Positions 1-8,166 of a stretch of 64,000 bases of DNA are shown in pieces. Source of the stretch: a bacterium. GTDB taxonomy: Bacteria > Zixibacteria > MSB-5A5 > GN15 > FEB-12. Positions within the stretch are counted from its first letter, which is position 1, and each line of letters begins with the position of its first letter. The notes below the pieces were generated by a model that ran no database searches, was not told the DNA's origin, and saw only the letters and a program-made list of their open reading frames with translations. Location of the stretch: the NCBI GenBank assembly GCA_043811375.1, contig JBDRNJ010000074.1, positions 58,880-122,879 of the forward strand, written 5' to 3'. Made by a program: the position numbers and the translations under genes.

Positions 1-449
1 ACATCGTAGTTGCCCTCGATCGCCACCCCTTCAATCGCCCTCTGAATATTATCCACCAACGGTTCGACCAGTTCGCCGTACTTGCGCTCGGCCAGCCCGT
101 TGGGGCCGAATACCTGGCGGGTGTAAGCATCCAGCGCGTCTCTCTTGGCATTAATTGCAGCCTGACGCTCCTTCTTCTTCTCCTCGGAGAGGATCAGCTT
201 CTGCTTATCGAACTCCTCCTGCAACTCGATGAGTTCATCCTGCTTGGTTATTGCTTCTTCGTCCCAAGCCGTCTTTTCCAGTTCCCATTGTTCCTGAGCT
301 TTTTGCCAGACAGTGTACTCGGCAATAATTACAGAATCCTTGACGAATCCAATCTTCAGCCCCTGGGCATCGACACTACCGACCGCAATCAGCACAACCA
401 CTGCACCCAGCACCGTCGCCAACAACCAATCCTTCTTCATTCTCTGCAT
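1..449 (-). CDS. skp: OmpH/Skp family periplasmic chaperone (3' end runs off the window)
   Basis: Not in the ORF track because it is truncated. My translation from ATG at 449 reads MQRMKKDWLLATVLGAVVVLIAVGSVDAQGLKIGFVKDSVIIAEY..., i.e. signal peptide, KIGFV motif, then a coiled coil. GGGAGAG RBS; directly downstream of bamA. Confidence 0.85.
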   Translation of the reverse strand, partial: MQRMKKDWLLATVLGAVVVLIAVGSVDAQGLKIGFVKDSVIIAEYTVWQKAQEQWELEKTAWDEEAITKQDELIELQEEFDKQKLILSEEKKKERQAAINAKRDALDAYTRQVFGPNGLAERKYGELVEPLVDNIQRAIEGVAIEGNYD

Positions 450-470
450 TTGTCTCTCCCTATGTTTTTA

Positions 471-2945
471 TTATCTGAATGTCGTGCCTACCTGAAAATG
501 TGGTTTCAGCGACCGCTTCTGACCGTCATCTACGTTTAGCGGATAACCGAAATCAAACCCCAGGGTACCTATCCCGGGAATAGCGATCCGGAAACCAAAC
601 CCTATCCCCTGGTACAAACCTGTAATCGGCTTGATATCCCGCCGGTGCAGCCAGGAGTTGCCGGCATCATAAAACAGCAGCCCGTAGATCTGTCGTGGGA
701 CCACCGGAATTTGCAGTTCGAGGTTTGTCACCAGCATATACTTGCCGCGCACCCGCGTGGAATAGCTATTGAAGGTGGTGTCATCAGGCGGATCGATACC
801 CACCACAGCATTGGAATCAATGTAGTAAAACGATGTGTCGTGAAGGACCGTCGAATCCGGCGTCAGGTTGCCGTCGTCATAGCCGCGCACGACGCCGTCA
901 TAGGCCGTCCCACCGGGAGTAAAGCGGTCGGTGATCAGAATACGATTGTCACCCTCCGGAGAGGTCACCACCCCGTACTCAACTTTGGCCGCCAGAGCAA
1001 TGCCCCAGATTATGGGGATAAACTTGGCCAGCGACAGGTTGTGCCTCTGATAATGCCAGAATCCCCCCAGCACTCCCCCCGTGTGTTCGAAGGTGTAAGA
1101 AAGCAACGCCCCGGAGGTAGCAAACTCCGCCAGATCGCGCGAATCTCTCACCACCGTCAGGGACAGGCGCGATGCGGTCAGCCAGCGATCGTCATACTCC
1201 AGGATCGACCCCTGATACGGTCCATGTACCTGACTGGCCAGCAATCGATCCTGAGTCAACGGGTAGCGCCACCCTCCGTAGCTGTACCAGTAGTGAGATC
1301 TATAGGAATTGGAGCTGATAAAAGATTGATCAAAGTCAAAGAAGCGAGTCCGGGACAATTCATAGGAACCGAAGACCTGAAAGTAATTGTCGGGCCAGCG
1401 CAGACGACGTCCCAGCCTCACCGACCCGCCCTGCCGACCTTCAGTATAATCGTCGAACCAACGACGATTGAGAGCAAAAGCGCTTACTCCCAGCAGCGTC
1501 GGCCGTCCCGCTAGCCACGGCTCGGTAAATGATACCGAAAACGAGTTGCGGCGACTGCCGAAATCAATACTGAATGACAGATTCTGGCCGTTGCCGCGGA
1601 AATTGGGGATGGCCATGCCCACCGTACCTACCACCTTGTCCTGGCTGTTATAGCCGGCTCCCGCCGATACCTGACCGGTGGGCTTCTCCTTCACTTGAAA
1701 CTCAATGTCGACATCCCCGCTGGGCAATCCTACCGGCACCGGATTGACTTCCTCAAAATAATTCAGCACCATTACATCCCGCAGTGATCGCATCAGTGAC
1801 GACCGGCTGAAAATCTCACCCGGCAGTGTCTTGATCTCCCGCCGGATGACTTTCTCTTTGGTCTTGTGGTTACCCACAATTTTAATCAGCCGAATGTGTG
1901 ACGGCAGCCCCTCGGTAATACTGTAAGTAATGTCTATGATCGAATCCGACCGGGTTGTGCGCTCATCCACAATACTCATGTGAAGATAGCCTACTTCGGA
2001 GTAGGCCATATACAGCTCGTCCAGTGATTTATCATATTTAGCGGCATCAAAAACTTCACCTTCCCGGTACTTCAGTTGCCGGCGAAGAAACTCTTCCGGC
2101 AGCTTCTGGTTGGAACGAAGCTCAGTTCGACCAAAGTAGTAACGGGGGCCTTCATACGCCTCGAGGTGGATTGTCATGCGGCTACGATTAGTATCGATAC
2201 TAATTGAATCCGAAATCAGGTAGGCATCTACAAACCCCCGGTGGTGGTACTCGGCGATGATCTTCTCAAGGTCCTCCTCGTACTTGTCCTGTGCGAAATC
2301 GGAACTCTTGAGAAAACCCCTCTTGCGGTTACGCATTTTCCCGATAAGGTCATCGGGTTTAACTCGCGAGTTGCCCGCAAGAATCACCTGGTCAACTTTT
2401 ACCTTCGATTTCTCGGAAATATCATACCTGAGAATCGCTTCCGTGGAGTCACTGTTGTATTCGAGAGCCGCGGTTACTTCCGCCTGAAAGTATCCCTCTT
2501 CAGCGTACATAGCCTGGATATCGTTGGCCTTCTGCTGCATCAGGTAAGGCGAGATATAACCACCCACACCCAGATTCAGCTTCTCCCTCAGCTTCTTGGA
2601 CTTGATCTTCCTGTTGCCCCCAAACTCCAGACCGCTTAACTTGGGCAATTCCTTAACAACGATGTAGACCTTCAGCCCTCCCCCGATTGTTTCCACTTCG
2701 ATCCACACATCCGAGAAAATGCCCAAACCATAGAGCCGACGAATAGTCTCTGCCACCATGGTGGGGCTCAGAACCGTGCCTTCTTCCAGTGATGACACGC
2801 TGGAAATCAGAGAATTACTGGCAACACGGTTGCCTTCAATCTCAACACCGACGACACGGAAACCTTCCTGAGCGGCACCGGATCCGGCCAGTCCCGCCGA
2901 GGCCAGTACCACCAGAAGAGCTATCCCTGCTCTCAGGCCTGACAT
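471..2945 (-). CDS. bamA: Outer membrane protein assembly factor BamA
   Basis: Signal peptide, POTRA-like repeats (IEGN, FGGN, LAGN, IVGN...KVIRRE), beta-barrel with VRGY motif, terminal Phe; adjacent to skp. Confidence 0.95.
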   Translation of the reverse strand: MSGLRAGIALLVVLASAGLAGSGAAQEGFRVVGVEIEGNRVASNSLISSVSSLEEGTVLSPTMVAETIRRLYGLGIFSDVWIEVETIGGGLKVYIVVKELPKLSGLEFGGNRKIKSKKLREKLNLGVGGYISPYLMQQKANDIQAMYAEEGYFQAEVTAALEYNSDSTEAILRYDISEKSKVKVDQVILAGNSRVKPDDLIGKMRNRKRGFLKSSDFAQDKYEEDLEKIIAEYHHRGFVDAYLISDSISIDTNRSRMTIHLEAYEGPRYYFGRTELRSNQKLPEEFLRRQLKYREGEVFDAAKYDKSLDELYMAYSEVGYLHMSIVDERTTRSDSIIDITYSITEGLPSHIRLIKIVGNHKTKEKVIRREIKTLPGEIFSRSSLMRSLRDVMVLNYFEEVNPVPVGLPSGDVDIEFQVKEKPTGQVSAGAGYNSQDKVVGTVGMAIPNFRGNGQNLSFSIDFGSRRNSFSVSFTEPWLAGRPTLLGVSAFALNRRWFDDYTEGRQGGSVRLGRRLRWPDNYFQVFGSYELSRTRFFDFDQSFISSNSYRSHYWYSYGGWRYPLTQDRLLASQVHGPYQGSILEYDDRWLTASRLSLTVVRDSRDLAEFATSGALLSYTFEHTGGVLGGFWHYQRHNLSLAKFIPIIWGIALAAKVEYGVVTSPEGDNRILITDRFTPGGTAYDGVVRGYDDGNLTPDSTVLHDTSFYYIDSNAVVGIDPPDDTTFNSYSTRVRGKYMLVTNLELQIPVVPRQIYGLLFYDAGNSWLHRRDIKPITGLYQGIGFGFRIAIPGIGTLGFDFGYPLNVDDGQKRSLKPHFQVGTTFR

Positions 2946-2959
2946 AACCTACGCCACAG

Positions 2960-3280
2960 CTACGACTGCGGGATCACGATCCTGTTGATTTTTATTTCAC
3001 TGTACTGCTGGCGGTGTCCCTGCCGGCGGCGGTACTTCGTCCGACGTTTATACTTGTATATCTCCACCTTGTCATCCTTGCCGTCGCCCAGCACCTCAGC
3101 TTCTATTTTAGCGCCGTCGACAAAGGGGTTGCCGATCAATGTGCTGTCGTCATCCTTTATCAACAGGATACTGTCGATGTCAATTTTGGAGCCCTTCTCG
3201 GCATCTCGATAAGGGATTTTAACACAGGCTCCTTCCTCGACACTGAACTGGTGCCCGGCAAGTTCAAAAACAGCGTACAT
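2960..3280 (-). CDS. rplU: 50S ribosomal protein L21
   Basis: MYAVFELAGHQFSV...YKYKRRTKYRRRQGHRQQYS signature; GGAGG RBS. Confidence 0.97.
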   Translation of the reverse strand: MYAVFELAGHQFSVEEGACVKIPYRDAEKGSKIDIDSILLIKDDDSTLIGNPFVDGAKIEAEVLGDGKDDKVEIYKYKRRTKYRRRQGHRQQYSEIKINRIVIPQS

Positions 3281-3334
3281 TTTATATCCTCCAGACGATA
3301 TCGAAGCTCTTTATCCACTTTAAGTTAACCACAC

Positions 3335-3362
3335 ATATTAGTCTATTTGCCGCTCAAGTCAA
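3335..3362 (-). promoter_or_regulatory. Putative sigma70 promoter for rplU-bamA-skp
   Basis: TTGACT-16nt-TAATAT on the minus strand. Confidence 0.5.
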
Positions 3363-3523
3363 GGCAATTCTCGCTGGTGCCACCACCCGGTTTATCATTA
3401 AACGGCAGGGGCTCCTGTTCGTTCCGAAAGTTCAATCCTACCGGATTCACCCGGCTCCAATTGAAACACCGGACCGTCATACTACGTACATTTACAATAT
3501 GTAACATTAACGTGTATTTGGCC

Positions 3524-3551
3524 TTGACAAAAAACGGTTTATTGTTATTTT
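3524..3551 (+). promoter_or_regulatory. Putative sigma70 promoter for the 3698 gene
   Basis: TTGACA-16nt-TATTTT with a TG extension. Confidence 0.5.
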
Positions 3552-3697
3552 GCTACTGGTACTACATGAGCTTAATGGAGACGCCTATGAGGTGACAGTT
3601 TACTGATCAATTTCGTTTCCCTTCAAGCCCTCACGAGCAAGTACAGCAAAGAAAAAATAAAACTGAACCAAATAACAGCGCAAAGGAGAAAAAGCAT

Positions 3698-6115
3698 ATG
3701 AATTCGCGCATGAGAATGGTTCTGATGGCAGGTGTCTGCCTGGTCGCCGTCTTCTCTCTGGTTTGGGCGACCGGACCGGACGAACAGGCAACGGCGCCAA
3801 CTGCCAACGGAAACCTGAAAGCCCTGTCTTTCAACAAGGTCACGCCGGCGCAGGTTTCCTCAAATAAAGCAGCCTTATCTATCCAGGGCGAACAAACTGC
3901 TTTCGGGGCAGCCTCAACGGAACCGGAACCCGATTACTACTTCAGTTCCGGACGCCAGGGAGGCGATGTATTTTCCTCGGCCTTACAGATTCCCGGATAC
4001 CCTTATCTGGACAGCGGTACCACGGTCGGCTACAACCATGACTACGCTGATACCTGCGGCTCCTACCCGGAATCTTCAGCACCGGATGTCGTCTATAAGT
4101 TCACTCCGGCGGAGAGTCTGTTTGTTACCGTCGCACTCTGCCAGTCATCGTACTACACCCGGCTGACGGTCTATGAAGATTCGACCGACATGATCGCCTG
4201 CAACCGCTACAACACCTACTGCGCCACCCCCCGGTCAGCCATCGAAAACATAGAGATGTACACCGGTGTCACATACTACATGGTGGTCAGCGGCGACCAT
4301 TCATCGTCGCCGAATCAGGGCGATTACGTGCTGGAGTTAACCGCCGAGCCGATGCCGGAGTACACTGACTCGGTCCGGCTGCACCCGACTCTGGCCGACA
4401 ACGGCAACGGCATACTCGGCATGGGCTATGACTTCAATAATGGCGTTGATTCCGCCCAGTTCTGGTTCGGTTCCGCCGATGACGGCGCCAGTTGGCCGGC
4501 TGGTGGTAGTTTTACTTTGGCTGGATGGACCAAGTATCCCAGCCTTGATTACCAGGGTTTTGACACCATGTTCTTCGGCACCTGTGTCCCCCATGCCGCT
4601 GAAGCCAATGGCGCCCGCACCTGCCGGCTCACAATGCCCAACCCGCCCGGAGGTAACTGGTCACTCAGCACCTGGGGCTGGGAAAGCTATGGCTGGCACG
4701 ATATGAAAATGGCCGATATCGCCTGTGACGACTCCAAAACATTCCCTCCCCCGCACGACGCTGAGTACTGCATGGGTATAATCTCAATGGTACACAGCAG
4801 TACTTATGAAGATGGGGGCCAGATAGTCGGTGATAACTCACCGCATATCTTCTACGAGGGCGATTCGTCATCGAGCGGCTGGATCGGCTGGCTCTGGGAA
4901 CTCGAAGGCTGCAACTCCACCACCATTGACATCGACAAGATCACCGGACTCTCGTACCAGGTGTTTGACTGGTGGAACCCTGACTCCAGTCGCTGGGAAC
5001 TGGTGATCTGGCGCAACTATTTCAGGGATATGAACAATGCCACCTGGGATGCCGCCCTGGTATACAACCTTGATTCTAACGAGTATGCTCAGAACCCGGC
5101 CGTTGCCGTCCACGACGGCAGCATTGTCATCGCCACTGAGCACACGGTTGGTACTGACACTTCTGACCACGATATCATCTGCTGGCACGACCCGGAAGAC
5201 ACCAGTGGTATGTCTGTACTCAGCATCAGCACGATTGTCGCCACTGCTGACGATGAACGTTACCCGCGGATGTCTCACGTTTCCGGCAGCACTTTCGTGT
5301 GCACCTATGTCGCCAACAACCAACTGTACATGGTCATCAGCGAGGACGGCGGTGTCAGTTGGGGTACCCCCACGGTAATGAGCGGCAGCGACCACGTGGT
5401 TTCAGAGTACCGTTCGCATGACATCGGCGAAAAAGGCGGGAAACTCATCTGGGAATATCAGCCCGGCCTGCCCGGTGACACCAGCATATTCGTGCATATT
5501 GACACCACCGGCCTGGTGATGGACTCCGACGGTGACGGCGTTAATGATGACGTCGACAATTGCCCGCTGGTCTTCAACCCCGGCCAGGAAGACGCTGACG
5601 GTGACACCATCGGTAATGCCTGTGACACATGCACCGATACCGACGGCGACGGCTACGGCAATCCCGGCTACGCCGCCAATACTTGCCCGGACGATAATTG
5701 CCCGACCATAGTCAACCCCGGCCAGGAGGACGCTGACGGGGACGGTATCGGCGACGTTTGTGACGACTGCACCGACACCGACGGCGACGGCTACGGCAAT
5801 CCCGGCTATGCCGCCAACACCTGTCCGGATGATAACTGCCCCGATACGGCCAATGTCGACCAGGCTGATACCGACAGCGACGGCGTCGGCGATGCCTGTT
5901 GCTGCACCGTTCCCGGCAATGCTGATGATGAGGGAACACTGGTCGAGGTAAGCGACCTTACATATGTCGTATCGTACCTGTTCCAGAGCGGGCCGGCACC
6001 ACCCTGCCCCTCCCAGGGCGATGCCGATGGTAGTGGCTTTGTAGACGTCGCCGACCTGACTTATTTAGTCACCTATTTGTTCCAGGGTGGACCGCCACCG
6101 CTACCATGCCCGTAA
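3698..6115 (+). CDS. Secreted protein with thrombospondin type-3 repeats and a C-terminal dockerin-like domain
   Basis: Signal peptide; Asp-box-like SxDGGxSW motifs; DxDGDG/DNCP repeats; C-terminal duplicated EF-hand-like ...DLTYVVSYLF / GDADGSGFVDVADLTYLVTYLFQGGPPP; AAGGAG RBS. Confidence 0.85.
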   Translation: MNSRMRMVLMAGVCLVAVFSLVWATGPDEQATAPTANGNLKALSFNKVTPAQVSSNKAALSIQGEQTAFGAASTEPEPDYYFSSGRQGGDVFSSALQIPGYPYLDSGTTVGYNHDYADTCGSYPESSAPDVVYKFTPAESLFVTVALCQSSYYTRLTVYEDSTDMIACNRYNTYCATPRSAIENIEMYTGVTYYMVVSGDHSSSPNQGDYVLELTAEPMPEYTDSVRLHPTLADNGNGILGMGYDFNNGVDSAQFWFGSADDGASWPAGGSFTLAGWTKYPSLDYQGFDTMFFGTCVPHAAEANGARTCRLTMPNPPGGNWSLSTWGWESYGWHDMKMADIACDDSKTFPPPHDAEYCMGIISMVHSSTYEDGGQIVGDNSPHIFYEGDSSSSGWIGWLWELEGCNSTTIDIDKITGLSYQVFDWWNPDSSRWELVIWRNYFRDMNNATWDAALVYNLDSNEYAQNPAVAVHDGSIVIATEHTVGTDTSDHDIICWHDPEDTSGMSVLSISTIVATADDERYPRMSHVSGSTFVCTYVANNQLYMVISEDGGVSWGTPTVMSGSDHVVSEYRSHDIGEKGGKLIWEYQPGLPGDTSIFVHIDTTGLVMDSDGDGVNDDVDNCPLVFNPGQEDADGDTIGNACDTCTDTDGDGYGNPGYAANTCPDDNCPTIVNPGQEDADGDGIGDVCDDCTDTDGDGYGNPGYAANTCPDDNCPDTANVDQADTDSDGVGDACCCTVPGNADDEGTLVEVSDLTYVVSYLFQSGPAPPCPSQGDADGSGFVDVADLTYLVTYLFQGGPPPLPCP
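5555..5900 (+). repeat. Intragenic 138-nt (46-aa) TSP3-type tandem repeat, about 2.5 copies
   Basis: DNCP codons start at 5555, 5693 and 5831; TDTDGDGYGNPGYAANTCPDDNCP is duplicated. Confidence 0.85.
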
Positions 6116-6140
6116 ACAAAGCTTCTGATCTGCTTTGATG

Positions 6141-6179
6141 AAAAAAACGGAGCCTCTCTAAAGAGAGGCTCCGTTTTTT
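6141..6179. terminator. Bidirectional intrinsic terminator
   Basis: AAAAAAACGGAGCCTCTC-taaa-GAGAGGCTCCGTTTTTT between convergent genes. Confidence 0.9.
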
Positions 6180-6275
6180 ACTAATTGTCTGATAGGCGGC
6201 GAACGGTCAGCACACCTTAGCCAGTACTACCAACCCGGCTCAGCCGGTCGGCTATAACAGTTCAGTGGTCAACGA

Positions 6276-6530
6276 CTAACCCAGCTTGCTGACGAATTGA
6301 GCCTGGCGAGCCTTATTACGGTCGGCGTTCCGGCGGTGGATCAGGTGGGCGGCGGCCGCCTTGTCCAACAGAGAGCTTACCACACGGTACTTGCGCTGTG
6401 CTTGATCTTTGTCTGTCTCGCTGCGCAACTCTTTCAATGCCACGCGCAGGCGTGAGCGCAGAGCTCTGTTTCGGAGGCGCTGCTCTGAGGAAGTCTTCAT
6501 CCTCTTGGAGCAAGATTTATGAGTTGGCAA
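6276..6530 (-). CDS. rpsT: 30S ribosomal protein S20 (TTG start)
   Basis: MPTHKSCSKRMKTSSEQRLRNRALRS...LDKAAAAHLIHRRNADRNKARQ signature. Confidence 0.95.
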   Translation of the reverse strand: MPTHKSCSKRMKTSSEQRLRNRALRSRLRVALKELRSETDKDQAQRKYRVVSSLLDKAAAAHLIHRRNADRNKARQAQFVSKLG

Positions 6531-6585
6531 AATCGAACCCTTTCCATATTATCATTTGCTGGTAAATATAATCGGCACTTTGAAT

Positions 6586-8166
6586 ATGTCAATAGACAAG
6601 GTTAAAACCAGTTCTTTAATCGGTTCGGCCGGTACCATGTCCGCCGCCACCGCCTTCTCCCGAATCCTGGGGTTGATTCGCGAACAGGTTATGGCCTACT
6701 TCTTCGGTGCCGGACTGGCTACCGACGCTTTTGTGACTGCCTTCCGAATTCCCAATCTACTGCGGGATATGTTCGCTGAGGGAGCTCTCTCATCTGCTTT
6801 TGTGCCGGTTTTCAAGGAGAAGATGGTCACCGAATCCAACCGGGAAGCCTTCCTGCTGGGCAACACCGTATTCACGGCTCTGCTGCTGGTGGTGGGACTG
6901 CTGGTACTGTTGGGGATCGTGGCCGCACCGGTTGTTATCTACTTGTTTGCTAACGGCTTTACAGCCGACCCCGCCAAGTTCGATCTGACCGTCAACATGA
7001 CCAGAATCATGTTCCCTTATCTGTTGCTGGTGTCGGTTTCCGCCCTGATTATGGGAATGCTCAATTCATTCGGACGTTTCGGCATACCGGCCATAGCCCC
7101 GGCCATGTTTAATGTTGGCACTGTCGCCACCGTGATATTGCTCTATAACCACTTTCAGCAACCGGCCTATACTCTGGCAATCGGCGTTATGCTGGGCGGC
7201 GCGGCCCAGGCAGCCGTCCAGTTACCGGCCCTGTGGCGCATCGGCTTTCGCTTCCGATTGCGGATAAACTTCCTTGACGAGAGCCTCAAAAAAGTGGGGC
7301 GGCTTCTGCTGCCTATGATAATCGGCATGTCTGCCGGACGGATCAACATCCTGATAACCACGCTGGTGGCTTCATTCCTGATGGAAGGTTCCATCTCGTA
7401 TCTCAACTACTCCTACCGTTTGATATTTTTCCCTATGGGCGTCTTTGCGGTAGCGCTGGGCACCGCCGCCCTGCCCCGAGTCTCGGAGATGGTAACCCGG
7501 CGGGACTGGGCGGGACTGCAAAGTACATACCTGGAAACAATCAACCTCAACATGTTCGTGGTCATCCCATCCGCCTTTTTCCTGGCCCTGTTGGGACCAC
7601 AGGTAGTCAACCTCATTTATGCCTGGGGCGCTTTCTCTCAGTTGGATGCGCTGCACACCGCCAAAGCCCTGCTGCATTATTCATACGGCCTGGTCGGCCT
7701 GGCGGCGGCCCGGGTGACGGTACCGTTTTTCTATGCCTCGGGCGACTCGAAACTGCCCATGCGGTTCACCATGATAGCGGTTGCGGTCAACATGGCGCTG
7801 TACTATCCCATGATCAAATTGCTGGATTTTGCCGGTCTGGCGGCGGCGACGTCAGTTAGCGGTATCGTCAATTTCATCCTCCTGATATATTACCTGCCCT
7901 CCAAGGGTATTATCCTGCCCTGGGGTCGGCTGGGACTCAACTTCCTCAGGATTGGCGTTTGCTCCGGGCTGGCCTTCCATGCCGCGCTGCTGCTGCCATA
8001 CCAGCCGGCGGCCGATTTGTCTCCGGTCATCCATCGCCTGCTTCAACTACTGGTGCCGGCTGCCACCGCGGCGGTGCTGTACCTGTTCTTATGTCTGGTG
8101 CTGCGTGTGCCCGAAGTCAGGCGCCTGACGGGCTGGCTGCGCAGAAAATCGCCGCCTGAGCCATGA
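6586..8166 (+). CDS. murJ: Lipid II flippase MurJ (MviN)
   Basis: SRILGLIRE, TDAFVTAFRIPNLLRDMFAEGALSSAFVP motifs; many TM segments; ATG at 6586 preferred over TTG at 6556. Confidence 0.95.
   Translation: MSIDKVKTSSLIGSAGTMSAATAFSRILGLIREQVMAYFFGAGLATDAFVTAFRIPNLLRDMFAEGALSSAFVPVFKEKMVTESNREAFLLGNTVFTALLLVVGLLVLLGIVAAPVVIYLFANGFTADPAKFDLTVNMTRIMFPYLLLVSVSALIMGMLNSFGRFGIPAIAPAMFNVGTVATVILLYNHFQQPAYTLAIGVMLGGAAQAAVQLPALWRIGFRFRLRINFLDESLKKVGRLLLPMIIGMSAGRINILITTLVASFLMEGSISYLNYSYRLIFFPMGVFAVALGTAALPRVSEMVTRRDWAGLQSTYLETINLNMFVVIPSAFFLALLGPQVVNLIYAWGAFSQLDALHTAKALLHYSYGLVGLAAARVTVPFFYASGDSKLPMRFTMIAVAVNMALYYPMIKLLDFAGLAAATSVSGIVNFILLIYYLPSKGIILPWGRLGLNFLRIGVCSGLAFHAALLLPYQPAADLSPVIHRLLQLLVPAATAAVLYLFLCLVLRVPEVRRLTGWLRRKSPPEP

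Noticed and set aside
645..1514. 289-aa plus-strand ORF and similar long antisense ORFs (e.g. 34069..34821, 41244..41957, 49128..49874, 54331..55197)
   Set aside because: They lie wholly opposite well-supported genes, have no motifs, and are expected shadows of GC-rich codon usage.
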